This document shows, in pieces, positions 20,817 through 36,100 of a DNA stretch of 64,000 nucleotides. Below the pieces are notes generated by a model. The model searched no databases and was not told the DNA's origin. It saw only the letters and a list, made by a program, of their open reading frames with translations. Within the stretch, counting starts at the first letter, position 1. Each line of letters begins with the position of its first letter. Made by a program: the position numbers and the translations under genes. The DNA is from an uncultured archaeon (GTDB lineage: Archaea; Thermoproteota; EX4484-205; JAAOZP01): assembly GCA_938045545.1 (NCBI GenBank), contig CALIBN010000016.1:1-64000 (forward strand), in the 5' to 3' direction.

Positions 20817-21920
20817 ATGCAAACACCATTATTCCTCGGGCAGGACAACACGGACATCGGCTACATAATTAACGTACTTTACATAGCGATGTTTCTAGTG
20901 CTAGTTTTCTGGGGTGAGAAAATACAGACGAGGATTCGGCTCCGAGACATCGAGTATGCTCTTGAAAGACTACGCCTAATGAGAGATGAGTCGGTTAAAT
21001 TCACTAAGGAGAAGCTGAAGAAATACGGCAGAGAGGAGATAAACAGATTCTTGGATAACTATCTCGAATTCGTAACCATTCCCCCGGTCGACATGGATCC
21101 AGCCGGCGTGGTTTGGAAGCTCGACCATATAGTTAAGACTGCTGAGGACAGGGTTAGGGGCGAGATAAAGCAGATAATCCCAGATCTTGATGAAAGCCAT
21201 GTTTTAAACATAATGAACCTTTTCGAAGCATCCTATGCTTTAAACTATTATTATAAGGTTGTGAGGCACTACTATATTCTAAGCAAGAAGACTTCAAGCT
21301 ACATCCTGATAATACAGTTGCAGGCTATTCTCCCGCAGGTGATGATGGAAGCAGAAGCATACTTAGGGGCGCTGCAAGCGTTTTCAAGCGGCCAGCCGAT
21401 TGGCGACGGGGCGGGAGCGCTTGTCGCAGCCCGACTTATGAGGGGCGGCGAGATATTCGATATTGAGAGGGATAACGTGTACACTGTTAAGAACATTCAG
21501 GGGAGAAGAATATACTTCATGAAGGCAAAGGGCCCGGGAGGGGCTGTGGGCACCCCGGGAGATGCTCTCATGAAGCTCAGTGAAAAAGAGAGCTTCAAAA
21601 TGATATTTATGGTTGACGCGGGGCTCAAGCTGGAGGGTGAGAAAACAGGAAGCATTGCTGAAGGGGTTGGAGCAATCATCGGTGGAATAGGGACTGAAAA
21701 ATACAAGATTGAGGAGGTTGCAACTAAGAAGGCGATCCCCCTCTACGGAATGATTATAAAAATGTCTTTGAAAGAGGCTATCACGCCCATGACTAAGGAC
21801 GTTCTTAACGGCGTCGAAGAGGCTCATCAGCTTCTTTTAAAGAGAATAGTTGAGAAGTCTTCGGAAGGAGATACGGTGATGGTAATAGGGGTTGGTAACA
21901 CTATGGGCATCGCTCAGTAG
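20817..21920 (+). CDS. DUF1512-family protein
   Basis: PVDMDPAG, GQPIGDG, DAGLKLEGEKTG and IGVGNTMGIAQ motifs. Confidence 0.85.
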   Translation: MQTPLFLGQDNTDIGYIINVLYIAMFLVLVFWGEKIQTRIRLRDIEYALERLRLMRDESVKFTKEKLKKYGREEINRFLDNYLEFVTIPPVDMDPAGVVWKLDHIVKTAEDRVRGEIKQIIPDLDESHVLNIMNLFEASYALNYYYKVVRHYYILSKKTSSYILIIQLQAILPQVMMEAEAYLGALQAFSSGQPIGDGAGALVAARLMRGGEIFDIERDNVYTVKNIQGRRIYFMKAKGPGGAVGTPGDALMKLSEKESFKMIFMVDAGLKLEGEKTGSIAEGVGAIIGGIGTEKYKIEEVATKKAIPLYGMIIKMSLKEAITPMTKDVLNGVEEAHQLLLKRIVEKSSEGDTVMVIGVGNTMGIAQ

Positions 21921-21924
21921 GAGG

Positions 21925-22359
21925 GTGAGTGCATTGGAGAAAAGCCCGGTTAGTCTTCTCGTCCCATTCTACTTCTTTCTACTCGGCCTACTAATTCTTT
22001 TTTCACTAATCCTTCTTGTTCAAGGGGTCACGGGTACAGGCAGGAATGACAGTGTTACCAACATGCTTTTCATAATGACTGGTTTAACCGGTCTGGTTTC
22101 AACATTCTACATGATAAGAAGATACCAGCTTAGCATGCAGAAAATGCTGAAGGAGAGGAAAATAGTTGTTTTAACCGTTGAAGAATGTTCCAAATGCAGC
22201 TACAAGGCCGTTAGGCCTTTCCGCGAGGGAGACTACGTTTACGGATATGGTGAGGAGTGTCCCAGGTGTCCCAAGAGTTTAGGCGACACGGGTGTTGAAA
22301 ACAGAATGGTGATTACAGCTATATACTTAGAGGGGGGGCGTCAAGAGGAGCGTTACTAA
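21925..22359 (+). CDS. Membrane protein with C-terminal Zn ribbon
   Basis: Two TM helices; CSKC...RPFREGDYV...CPRC. Confidence 0.7.
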   Translation: MSALEKSPVSLLVPFYFFLLGLLILFSLILLVQGVTGTGRNDSVTNMLFIMTGLTGLVSTFYMIRRYQLSMQKMLKERKIVVLTVEECSKCSYKAVRPFREGDYVYGYGEECPRCPKSLGDTGVENRMVITAIYLEGGRQEERY

Positions 22360-23267
22360 CCCGTTTCCGAAGTCAGGTTTACAGCGGAGTCCTCAAGTAT
22401 TAGAAAAGTATCCTCGGCCTGCGCAATTTTCCTCCCACTTCTCTCAACCAGAACCGGGTATGAAATCAGGTTTTTCCCTAAGTCTTCAATAATCCTGTTG
22501 AAGATGCTTCCGCCAGCATCCTTGAAGATGCTTGAAAACCATCTTTCGCAGAAGGGAAGTGTTCTGAACAAGCTCTGCATCCTCCCCACCTGATTGCTGA
22601 ACCCTCCCTTGTAGTCTAGGGGGAAGTGTTTGAAACGATATATGTAGACATGTCCAGCCTCGCTGACCTCGCCCAAACCGTCGGCAAGCGTTACGAACGG
22701 CTCTATTGCTACAACCATGTCTCTCCTAAGTTTCTCCATGTTGAAAGTTTTAAGATTCGGGATTGAGAGCCCTGCGTGAAGGTTGAAACGGTCTATCTGG
22801 TGGCCGGTTAGGTTTCTTATCACTCTGAAGCCCCTCGACTTGACGACGCTTTCAACCGCCTCACCGATCTGGTTGATTTTAACACCGCTCCTCAGCACTC
22901 CGGATGCTTTTTCAAGACTTTTCTCAGCAGCCTCAACAATCTCCCTGTCCCCCTGCGAGAGAGGTATTGTGAACGCGGTGTCAACAATGCAGCCGTCAAC
23001 GTGGACACCCAGATCCACTTTAACCAGCGAACCTTGAGGAATCTCGCCTTCAAAATCGGGGGGCGGGGTGAAGTGAGCTGCGACCTCGTCTAAACCTATG
23101 TTGCACGGGAAAGCCGGTAGGCCGCCGAGCTGCCTTATGCGACCCTCAATTTCTTCGCAAAGGTCGACGAGCCTTACCCCAGCCTTAACGCGTTGACGCG
23201 CCTCCTTCTTAACCCTTTTCGCGATCTCGCCTGCTGCAAAGTATTTCTCTTTCTCCTCCTCGTTCAA
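22356..23267 (-). CDS. map: Type II methionine aminopeptidase
   Basis: AFPCN, AAHFTP, KVDLGVHVDGCIVDTA, NLTGH and AIEPF motifs; start set at TTG 23267. Confidence 0.93.
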   Translation of the reverse strand: MNEEEKEKYFAAGEIAKRVKKEARQRVKAGVRLVDLCEEIEGRIRQLGGLPAFPCNIGLDEVAAHFTPPPDFEGEIPQGSLVKVDLGVHVDGCIVDTAFTIPLSQGDREIVEAAEKSLEKASGVLRSGVKINQIGEAVESVVKSRGFRVIRNLTGHQIDRFNLHAGLSIPNLKTFNMEKLRRDMVVAIEPFVTLADGLGEVSEAGHVYIYRFKHFPLDYKGGFSNQVGRMQSLFRTLPFCERWFSSIFKDAGGSIFNRIIEDLGKNLISYPVLVERSGRKIAQAEDTFLILEDSAVNLTSETG

Positions 23268-23342
23268 CAGCCGGCTTCCAATTCTGGGGAAAGGCTTTAA
23301 ATGGGTTTCCAAGTCTCCTAAGCCATTGTTAAGAGGAAGACT

Positions 23343-23783
23343 GTGATACTGGGCGGCACTTTCGACAGGTTTCACAGGGGGCATATGCTCCTCCTAGGGC
23401 TGGCAGCAGCACTTGGGAGGAGTATAATCGTCGGAGTCACATCAGACGAGTTTGCAGGCAGCAAGCCCCACAGGGTTGAGCCTTTCTCCGAGCGCTTCGA
23501 GAAGGTTTCAGGTTTTCTAAGGAGCATCGGGTGTAGGGGGTTCAGTATTTTGAAGCTGGATGACTATGCTGGCCCAGCGGCAACCTTAGATGGGGGATCC
23601 CTTCTAGTGACCTTTAACACTTTAAAAAATGGCCTGCTTATAAATAGGGTTAGGGTTGAAAAAGGCCTGCCTCCTCTAGAGATTCTTATAGCACCCCTCC
23701 TAGAGGCTGAGGATTCTGCACCGATATCCAGCACCAGGGTTAGAATGGGAGAGATTGATGAGAAGGGGTTTTTAAACCGTTAA
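23343..23783 (+). CDS. coaD: Phosphopantetheine adenylyltransferase (archaeal type)
   Basis: GGTFDRFHRGH and ISSTRVRMGEID motifs. Confidence 0.88.
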   Translation: MILGGTFDRFHRGHMLLLGLAAALGRSIIVGVTSDEFAGSKPHRVEPFSERFEKVSGFLRSIGCRGFSILKLDDYAGPAATLDGGSLLVTFNTLKNGLLINRVRVEKGLPPLEILIAPLLEAEDSAPISSTRVRMGEIDEKGFLNR

Positions 23784-23812
23784 AGCTTAAAAGCAACGGG
23801 CATTCCTCCTAA

Positions 23813-23957
23813 CCTAGCCGTCCGAAAGCGGATCTAACCGAGCATAGGGCTTAAGCTCTGCTGTGAGGGAGGAGGACCCAGGGCGGCGAAACAGCAGAGC
23901 TCGGTTAAAGAGGCCTTAGAGCATGCGTTAGGCATGCTGTGAAAAAGGACGTCAGGC
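23813..23957 (+). ncRNA. Candidate structured small RNA
   Basis: TATA-like box ~25 nt upstream; nested stems CGTCC/GGACG, AACCGA/TCGGTT, GCTCTGCTGT/ACAGCAGAGC and AGCATGC/GCATGCT. Confidence 0.4.
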
Positions 23958-23962
23958 CGAGC

Positions 23963-24391
23963 TTAAAAAACCTCCTGCTCGGTTTTGCTCGTGATAAAAC
24001 TGGGTATGCCTTCAACATCCTTAGCGGAGCCGCCTAGAGCCTGTTTAAGCCTATACTTATACTCTGTGTTAACCCTTACTCGCCCTGAGCAGATCTTCCT
24101 TATTTTCACGCTGTGCGACCTTCCCCTCCTGTCGAAATCTGTTAGGACAACTATTTCCGAAAGCTTTTCCTTCTCAAGCCAGTCTGTGGATGCAAGCCTG
24201 ATGAAGCTTCTAAGAGTCATTATCTTGGCTTTAACCCCGAGTTTAACCAGCGCCTGCCTGTCCTTTACACCCTCAACCACTATGAGCAGTCCCGCGTCGC
24301 CGAGGTTCAGCTCCTGAATAATCCTGCCTATTGTTTCTGCTGAAGCAGTGTCGCGCCTGCTCCCTGTCTTCCCAAGCCTGGGCAATAGCAC
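23963..24391 (-). CDS. Small Toprim-domain protein
   Basis: IVVEGVKD and LTDFDRRG motifs. Confidence 0.85.
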   Translation of the reverse strand: MLLPRLGKTGSRRDTASAETIGRIIQELNLGDAGLLIVVEGVKDRQALVKLGVKAKIMTLRSFIRLASTDWLEKEKLSEIVVLTDFDRRGRSHSVKIRKICSGRVRVNTEYKYRLKQALGGSAKDVEGIPSFITSKTEQEVF

Positions 24392-24510
24392 TCGCTTTGG
24401 TCAAAGCAGTCCGGGATAAAAAGTTTAAATCCCCTTTAAAGGCTTAGGATGACAGTGATGCTTAATGAGGTTAGTGAAAGCATGCTTATCCGTAGTGGCA
24501 AGGAGGCTTG

Positions 24511-25703
24511 ATGGAAATGGGGTCTGAACAGCCCCCGCCGATTACGAAGTACGTGATTAGGGTGGAGTTTGAAGTCGAGGGGGTTGTGGAGAGAATCTTC
24601 TTCAAAAGGGAAGGTTCCCGCATAAACACGATATTATAGGAGCCATATTCGGACAGACTGAAGGTCTGTTCGGAGACACCCTCGACTTGAAGAAACTCCA
24701 GAAGAGTGGCAAGCTTGGAAGAATAGACGTTGATCTGAAGAAGGAGGATAAGAAGACCGTTGGAAACGTGACTATCCCTAATAATCTTGATCAGCCTACT
24801 GCAGCGCTTCTAGCGGCGACGCTGGAAAGCATAGAGAGGGTTGGACCTTACGACGCCTGGTTTAAACTAGTTAGCGTTGAAGACATGAGGGAAGAGAAGA
24901 GGAGGAGGATCATGGAGAGAGCGAAGGACATTATGCAGAGATGGTCAGCCTCCCAGAGGAGCGAAGTAATACAGATGATAAGCCAGGTTAGTGAGGTCAG
25001 TGACGTTGGCAAAATAGTTAGTCTCGCTGCCGATGTTGAAGGCGGGCCTGAGGCTGAGTCGAGTGAAACACTGTTCATCGTTGAGGGCCGAGCTGATTTA
25101 ACCACTCTTATGAAGGCGGGCGTTAAGAACGTGGTTGCGACCAACGGTGTGAACATTTCCCAGTATGTGGTTAACCTGACCCATAAGAAGAAGGAGGTTA
25201 CAGTTCTGGCTGACGGCGACAGGGTTGGCGACATGATTGTGAAAGAGCTTCTGAGAAGAGGGGCGAAAATAGACTACGTAGGCAAGGCTCCTCAAGGGAG
25301 GGAGGTTGAGGAGATGAAGCCTATTGAAATCCTAGACATGATAAGCAGGAGGGTTGACGTTAAGACTTATCTCGCAACCTTGCAGGCGACGGCTAAGCCG
25401 GCTGCCCCGGAAAACCTTCTGAACGTTATGAAGACGCTTAGGGACAGGGTGAAGGAGTCCTTCACCGCGATTCTTCTAGACGATGAGGGAGAGATTATGG
25501 ACGAGGTCCCTGTGAGCCAGCTTTTCGAAAGGCTGAGTGAGCTTGACAACGTTGCCGGAGTTATTTTCGACGGTATTGTTTCCCAAAGGCTTCTCGACCT
25601 TGCTCAAAGCAAGAATGTGAAAATCATGGTCGGCGAGAGAATAGGCATCGTGGAGAAGATGCCTAGAGAGATAGTTGTCAAGACCCTCGACGAATTAAAA
25701 TAG
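24511..25703 (+). CDS. dnaG: Archaeal DnaG (exosome-associated primase-like); two exons 24511..24591 and 24624..25703, 386 aa spliced
   Basis: AGGAGG RBS; exon 1 KYVIRVEFEVEGVVE; exon 2 KHDIIGAIFGQTEGL...IVEGRAD...DGDRVG. Confidence 0.93.
24592..24623 (+). other. Putative BHB mRNA intron in dnaG (32 nt)
   Basis: GTT-GTGG-AG|A-GAATCTTCTT-CAAAA-GGGAAGGTTC-CCGC-AT|A-AAC: complete hBHBh' motif whose cut sites restore the frame. Confidence 0.88.
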
Positions 25704-25747
25704 TTTAAGCCGCACGCTAGAAGCCAGCCTGAGCTAGGTTTCCGGGT

Positions 25748-26251
25748 TTACTCCAGCAGCTCGCGATTAAGATCTAAGAAGGAACTGCCCCATTTGAATT
25801 TTGAAAGAATGCTCAACGCCTGCTCTGGGAAACCAAGTATGAAGAGGGCTGCAGCCAGTGCCTCCGCGCTTGAGAGAATGTTTGGAGCACCGTAGTTAAC
25901 AGGGTTCGCCGCCAGCAGCCTGGGCAGCCTCCTCTGGAATGGTGCTTTAAGAAGATGGAAGACACTATTGTCTGTGGATTTCCAAGAGGTGTCTATAACT
26001 GTCACCCCATGTTTAACCGCAACATCCCTGTCTACTGGTGAAAGCGTTGTCAAAGCCTCAGGGTTTAAAATTATCGAGCGCTTCGGAACCTGAGATATTT
26101 TGGAGAAAACCTTAATCAGGCCGTGCTTCTTCAAGACAAGGGTTGTGCACTTCCTCGGGTCATCCGCGTGCAGATGGAGAGCGTAGAGGCAGGGGGGATG
26201 TTGAGAGTAACCCCTTTTCTGTTCGAGACGGGATTCGACTAAGCGGCCCAC
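25748..26251 (-). CDS. tsr3: 16S rRNA aminocarboxypropyltransferase Tsr3 (start uncertain)
   Basis: DDPRKCT, IDTSW and RRLPRLLAANPVNYG...LSSAEALAAAL...FKWG motifs. Confidence 0.9.
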   Translation of the reverse strand: MGRLVESRLEQKRGYSQHPPCLYALHLHADDPRKCTTLVLKKHGLIKVFSKISQVPKRSIILNPEALTTLSPVDRDVAVKHGVTVIDTSWKSTDNSVFHLLKAPFQRRLPRLLAANPVNYGAPNILSSAEALAAALFILGFPEQALSILSKFKWGSSFLDLNRELLE

Positions 26252-26496
26252 CTGGCCATCATGCGGGTTACTCATCTGGCCTGTTTGGCCTTGCTTGCCG
26301 CAGGCTGAGCCCGTTTCACACCCACTCCGAGGGTCGTCAGCGTTCTTCATCCACATTCCTCCCGGATGGGTTCCGTTTCTGTCCCAGCCTAGGGGTCTCC
26401 CCCTGCGCCTCACGACGCTGCAGCACCCGCATCAAGAAGGGAGTTTCCTCAGGCCCTCTTCGAGCCCGACACCCGTCCTTCAACTTCCCCCCTGCC
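26188..26496 (-). ncRNA. rnpB: RNase P RNA
   Basis: P1 GGCAGGGGGGA/TCCCCCCTGCC; GAGGAAACTCC and AACAGAAAAGGGGTTA conserved regions; TTTAAA promoter upstream. Confidence 0.92.
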
Positions 26497-26532
26497 TGAA
26501 GCATAGTGTCAAATAACGTTTAAAAAATTTTT

Positions 26533-29700
<3,168 letters not shown>

Positions 29701-29762
29701 CACAGCCCAAAATTATTGGGCTCATGCATTCGCCTAAGCGTTAAGCTTAGGGTCATTACAAC

Positions 29763-31352
<1,590 letters not shown>

Positions 31353-31646
31353 AGACTCTTTCGAGTCCTCAAGATATGTATCCACACATGGAGCCCCCTT
31401 ATCATACCTGGTGCATACCAGTGTCCCGGGGGCACGCCGTTCCAGTGTGGCCCGAAGTATAGTGAACCAGACGCTTATTTAAGCATTTCTAACGCGTTAA
31501 CGACGTTTAAAAAGGCTTGAGAAACCCGTTGGAAGACCCCCGTCTTTTAACAGCGTATTCTCCAGTGGAAACCAGGGAGGACGTGGCTGTAGTCTCCATA
31601 ATCGTCAACGCTACGGCTTAAGTACTCCGGCGGCCATGGTTGCTTT

Positions 31647-32564
31647 ATGAGGATTCGAACAGTGTTGGGGGATATTTCCCCTGAGGAGTTTGGACTAGCG
31701 CTGGTGCATGAGCACATTCTCTGCGATTTCATCGGGACAGATAAAGTCAGCAGGAACCGTTACGACGCGCAGGAAGTCTTCAACGTCATGCTGCCATATT
31801 TGAACGAGATTAAGCAGCTGGGCGTATCCGGTTTCGTAGACTGCACGCCGGCGTTCATCGGAAGAGACCCGCTGCTGCTTGCCAGCCTTTCGAAAGCCTC
31901 GGGAATTCATATTTTAACCAACACGGGCCTGTATAAGGAGCCTTTCCTCCCCAAGTATGCTTTCGAATACTCCGTTGAACAGTTAGCCAGCATGTGGGTC
32001 AGAGAGATCGAGCAGGGGATTGAGGAAACACCTGTTAAAGCAGGCTTCGTGAAGATCGCTGTAAACCCGGGCCGCATAATCCCGATACAGCGGAAAATCG
32101 TGAGAGCAGCTGCAAGATGCAGCCTGTCCACCGGAGCCGCAATAGTCTGCCACACTGCCAACGGCGTGGCGGCGATGGATCTCTTGAACATAATCGGCGA
32201 GGAGGGGCTTGACCCCGCTAAGGTAATAGTTGCACACTGCGATGCAGAAGAGGATTGGAACAACCATCTCGAAATACTTAAGCGGGGCGCATGGGTTGAA
32301 TACGACGGTATTAGTGAAGCCACGTCTACGAAAGTCTTGAACATGATACGGCTAGTGGTTGAGAATGGTTTCAGCAACAGGCTTCTACTTTCTCAGGACG
32401 CAGGATGGTATAACGTTGGCGAGAACAAGGGAGGCAGCATCCGACCTTACAGCTACCTGGTGAAGCATTTCATCCCAATCATGCTTAGGGAAGGGTTCAG
32501 CCGAAGCCTGGTGGACGAGGTTTTAGCCAAGAACCCGGCTCAAGCATTTCAGATAAAACAGTGA
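31647..32564 (+). CDS. Phosphotriesterase-family amidohydrolase
   Basis: LVHEHI, GFVKIA, CHT, AHCD and LLLSQDAG motifs. Confidence 0.9.
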   Translation: MRIRTVLGDISPEEFGLALVHEHILCDFIGTDKVSRNRYDAQEVFNVMLPYLNEIKQLGVSGFVDCTPAFIGRDPLLLASLSKASGIHILTNTGLYKEPFLPKYAFEYSVEQLASMWVREIEQGIEETPVKAGFVKIAVNPGRIIPIQRKIVRAAARCSLSTGAAIVCHTANGVAAMDLLNIIGEEGLDPAKVIVAHCDAEEDWNNHLEILKRGAWVEYDGISEATSTKVLNMIRLVVENGFSNRLLLSQDAGWYNVGENKGGSIRPYSYLVKHFIPIMLREGFSRSLVDEVLAKNPAQAFQIKQ

Positions 32565-32636
32565 AGAAACAGCTCGTGATGATTCAGCACGTTTACAGCA
32601 GATTCTGTATACCGGCGCCAGATAATTGCTTAGAAA

Positions 32637-32723
32637 TGGACCGGGAGGGACTCGAACCCTCGACCCTTCGAGGTCACCCATTCCGAGTGCAAGTCGGACA
32701 TTCTACCACTGAACTACCGGCCC
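32637..32723 (-). tRNA. tRNA-Ala(TGC) with 15-nt intron at 44/45 (32666..32680)
   Basis: G3:U70 pair; BHB TCGG-AA|T-GG-GTGA-CC-TCGA-AG|G restores the AGGTC variable loop. Confidence 0.92.
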
Positions 32724-33194
32724 TGAGGCTTCTACTTCCCTCAAGGATATATAAATGCTTCCCATGAGGAAGGGAAAGTTTAAAACGGGACTTCAACGTT
32801 TAATTTTTTGCATGATCTCTCAGGATTAGTATACATAGCATCAAGTAAACCACTCATGCGCCGGGTGTATCTTAAAAAGGGCTAAGCCAGTATACGAGCA
32901 GATAAGTGACGAGATAAGGAAGACCTAGGAGAAGCAAGTAGAATGGTTCATCAGTAGCGGTGCCCTGATGCTGAGGGTCGTAGTTGGTCTGCTCAAGACC
33001 AGCCTTCCGCTCAAATGGAGCATTATCTACCTTTTCAAAGAAGCCCTTAGAAAGATTCTTAAAAAGAAACTGGGCCTCAGGGATATTGCCAACTTCTGCT
33101 ATGAACTGAGGCATGAGAACTGATCGTGGTATGAGATTGACGCATGTTTTTCCATGCTTTTTTAAAACTTTTTAAAGAAAAGATGGGGGGTTTG

Positions 33195-36100
33195 ATGAGA
33201 ATGCGTATTGCGCACGGCCCTTTGAAGTGTGGGAAGTCATGCCGCAGGTGCGATTACCTTAAGCTCGGGTTATGCGCTGGATGCCACCTTCCCAAGAGGA
33301 ACCTCTGCTTGGCTTACCAGTGCATCGTAGGAAGGTTAGAATCATGGGAATAACCCTCAGATGTAGGGCCTGCCCGCTTGCCCCGGCTTGCGTAAAGTCC
33401 GGCAGGTTCACCCCGCGCGCGCGATAGCGAGAACGTGACGAAGGTTGAGGAGAAAGGTGTGCACAGCTTCCTCGAGTACGATGGTCAAATACTGCTCTCA
33501 ACCATAATGCCGGACAAGCTCCTAACCGAGGAAACCTTCAACTTCACCGTAAGCTTTGTGAAGAAAGGGGGCTTCGACGGAGTAGTCGGGTGGGACATGC
33601 CCGTTTACGCTGACTATCCCAAGGCATTAAACCTATCCAATTTGGTTAAGGCTACGCTCCTGACGATGAGGTATGTGGAGGAGGGGATACCAACAATACC
33701 ATTGTTGAAAGGCGGAGACTCTTCTGAGATAGCGCTTCACGCCGAGTGGTTGGAGAAAATAGGCTTCAAGAGGATTGGGCTCCACGCCACTGAGTATATT
33801 CTAGCTAGAACTCGTGGCGGCATTGGGATTTATGGAGACTTAGCTAAAGTCGCCAACAACCTCTACTCACTGGTGCTGGTGAAAATATACGAGATTGGAG
33901 CGAAGCCACTGATAATGGGAGCCTTAAGCCCCAGGGGCCTCCGCGACTACCACGAGTCCGTGGAGAGATCTCTCTAGCGGGAATGTCTTGGCTAATAGAG
34001 GCTAGGAAGTGGCGTGCTTACGTGGGCACATCCTCTGGCCTGGGCATCGTAGACCTAGGGAGGGGCATCATGGAGTGTAAGTGCAAGGCATGTTTAGGCA
34101 AGTCTCCGAGTCAGGTCGTTGAAAACCAGGATGACATAGCGTGGCATAACTTGGTCCTGCTCAAGGAGTATGCGGAGAAGGGTAAGCTTGATGAAACGCC
34201 TGTTTACAACATGATACTGGGGAAGGATGATACCTTGGCGGTTGTGGGGGATCTGCACATAGGCATCTCCCAATCCCTTTGGCTGCCGTGTTTGAGGATG
34301 CTTAGGAAAATCCACCCAACCCACCTGGTTCTCCTAGGGGACGTGTTCGACTTCATAAGGGGGAAGCCGGAAGCATCGCAAGTCATTAGCTTCCTCAATC
34401 TCCTGAAAAACCTAAACGTCCGCATAGGATACGTATCAGGATGCTCGGATTCATACGCCTCCAGGTTTCTAGAGGCTCTGGCGAGGCTCGCATTTACGGA
34501 GGGGCCGAGGGAACCCCAGCTCTACAATCCACAACTAACGCTGGTGGAGGCAATGAGGATTCCTCCCTGCTGATGATGACGGGAGACCTGTCGGAGGAGG
34601 AGAAGCAAGAAATAGAGGAACATATGAAGGAGGAGCGTGAGGAGCATGAGGTAGTAACGTCCAATAGGTTCGTCCTTCTGCAAGGACCTGGGGAAGAAGA
34701 GGAGGAAAAGGAGGAAGTAACTCCTCTAACGCTCGACTGGGAGATAAGGGAGATTGAGGCACTGGCCGAGGGGTATCCTCAGATGATCGAGAAGCTGGAG
34801 AATCTGGAAGAGGTATTGAACGAGGAGGAGAAGAGACAGGAGGAACTACTTAGGGAGGAGTTGTTCGAAAGTATTGCGAGGAAGTTGAGGAGGAGGCGGA
34901 ATCAGAAACTCCTCTTGAAAGACTGTTTAAAGAAGCTGAGGAACTGGCGGGAATCAAAGAGGTTGGGAAGCAGGTTGAAAAACCTCTTGAAAAGCCTGTG
35001 GAATACGAGAAACCCGAAGAGACGCATTATGAAGAGCCCGTAGAAGAGCTCGATATCCTAAAGGAAGAATTCGAAAAGCTAATGGGAGGAGAAGAACCTG
35101 TTGAAGAAATCGCCGAGGGCTTCGAAGAGGCTTGTGGAGAAGAGCTGGAGGAGAAAGTCGAGCTGATTGAGGAAGTTGAGGAAGAAGCCGGTGAGTTAAT
35201 TGAAGAGGTTGTTGAGGAGGAGCTGGAGGAAAGGGCTGAGCTAGTTGAGGAGGCTAGAGAAGAAGTTGAGGAAGTGGTTGAGGAGGTAGCCGAGGAAGCT
35301 GGAGAATTTGTTGAGGAAACTGCTGAGAAAGTTGTTGAGGAGGTTGGGAGAGAGGAAGAAGCCGAAGAGAAAGAGGAGTTGCTTGAAGAAGAAATTGGAG
35401 AGACTGCCGAAGAAGTCGTTGAGGAAGTCGAGGAAGTCGGTGAGTTAATTGAAGAGATTGAAAAAGAACCTGAGGAAGGGGCTAAAGAAGAGATTACAGA
35501 ATACGAGAAACCTAAGGAAGAGTTAGAAGGACACCGGAGGCAGTGGCTGCAGGAGAAGGGGAGGGGCCTGAGAAGGAAGAGGTCGAGAAGATTGTTGAAG
35601 AAAAACTGAGGAAGTAATCGTTGATAGGTTTGAAAGAACGATATTCAAGTCCGGCCATATAGAGCGTCACGGGGAGTTTGAAAAAGGCCTTTACTTGATC
35701 AGAGTAAAGACAAAAGATGGAAAAATCTTCGAGTGGTCAACTAGGAAGGATAAAAAAGACAATGCCCTTAACACTTGAGTTCCTGGGGAATTCTTAAAGG
35801 AACTAGTTGGAAAGAATGTGGAGATTACTATCGTCAAATACAATTACTTACTGCACTTTCAAAAGGTTCGAACTTCTACTTCTGTCCAAGAGAGGGGCTT
35901 ATTGTAGAGGGAAAGAAGATAGAATTAGAAAAGGTCGAGCCACTGAGCTGGAGTGAGAGGCATGGAGCATCTATGATGGTCAAGCTGGTGAAGAAAAGCA
36001 TGCAGGGCGCCGAAATATACCTCGCATTCTTTGAGGACGGAGAAGTTAGTATAGTCCTCAGCAAAGAATCTTCTATATATGGAACTATGTTTAGGGTTAC

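Noticed and set aside
20426-20857. ORFs overlapping 20517-20857 and 11394-11777
   Set aside because: They overlap the 5S rRNA or tRNA-Ser and have no protein motifs
26188-26505. RNase P RNA excised as an intron from a tsr3 mRNA starting at the upstream ATG
   Set aside because: That ATG lies between the TATA box and the likely TSS, and there is no BHB at the P1 ends
34570-35610. CRISPR or tandem DNA repeat
   Set aside because: Low-complexity GAG/GAA Glu codons with no fixed repeat-spacer period; no CRISPR array seen in the window
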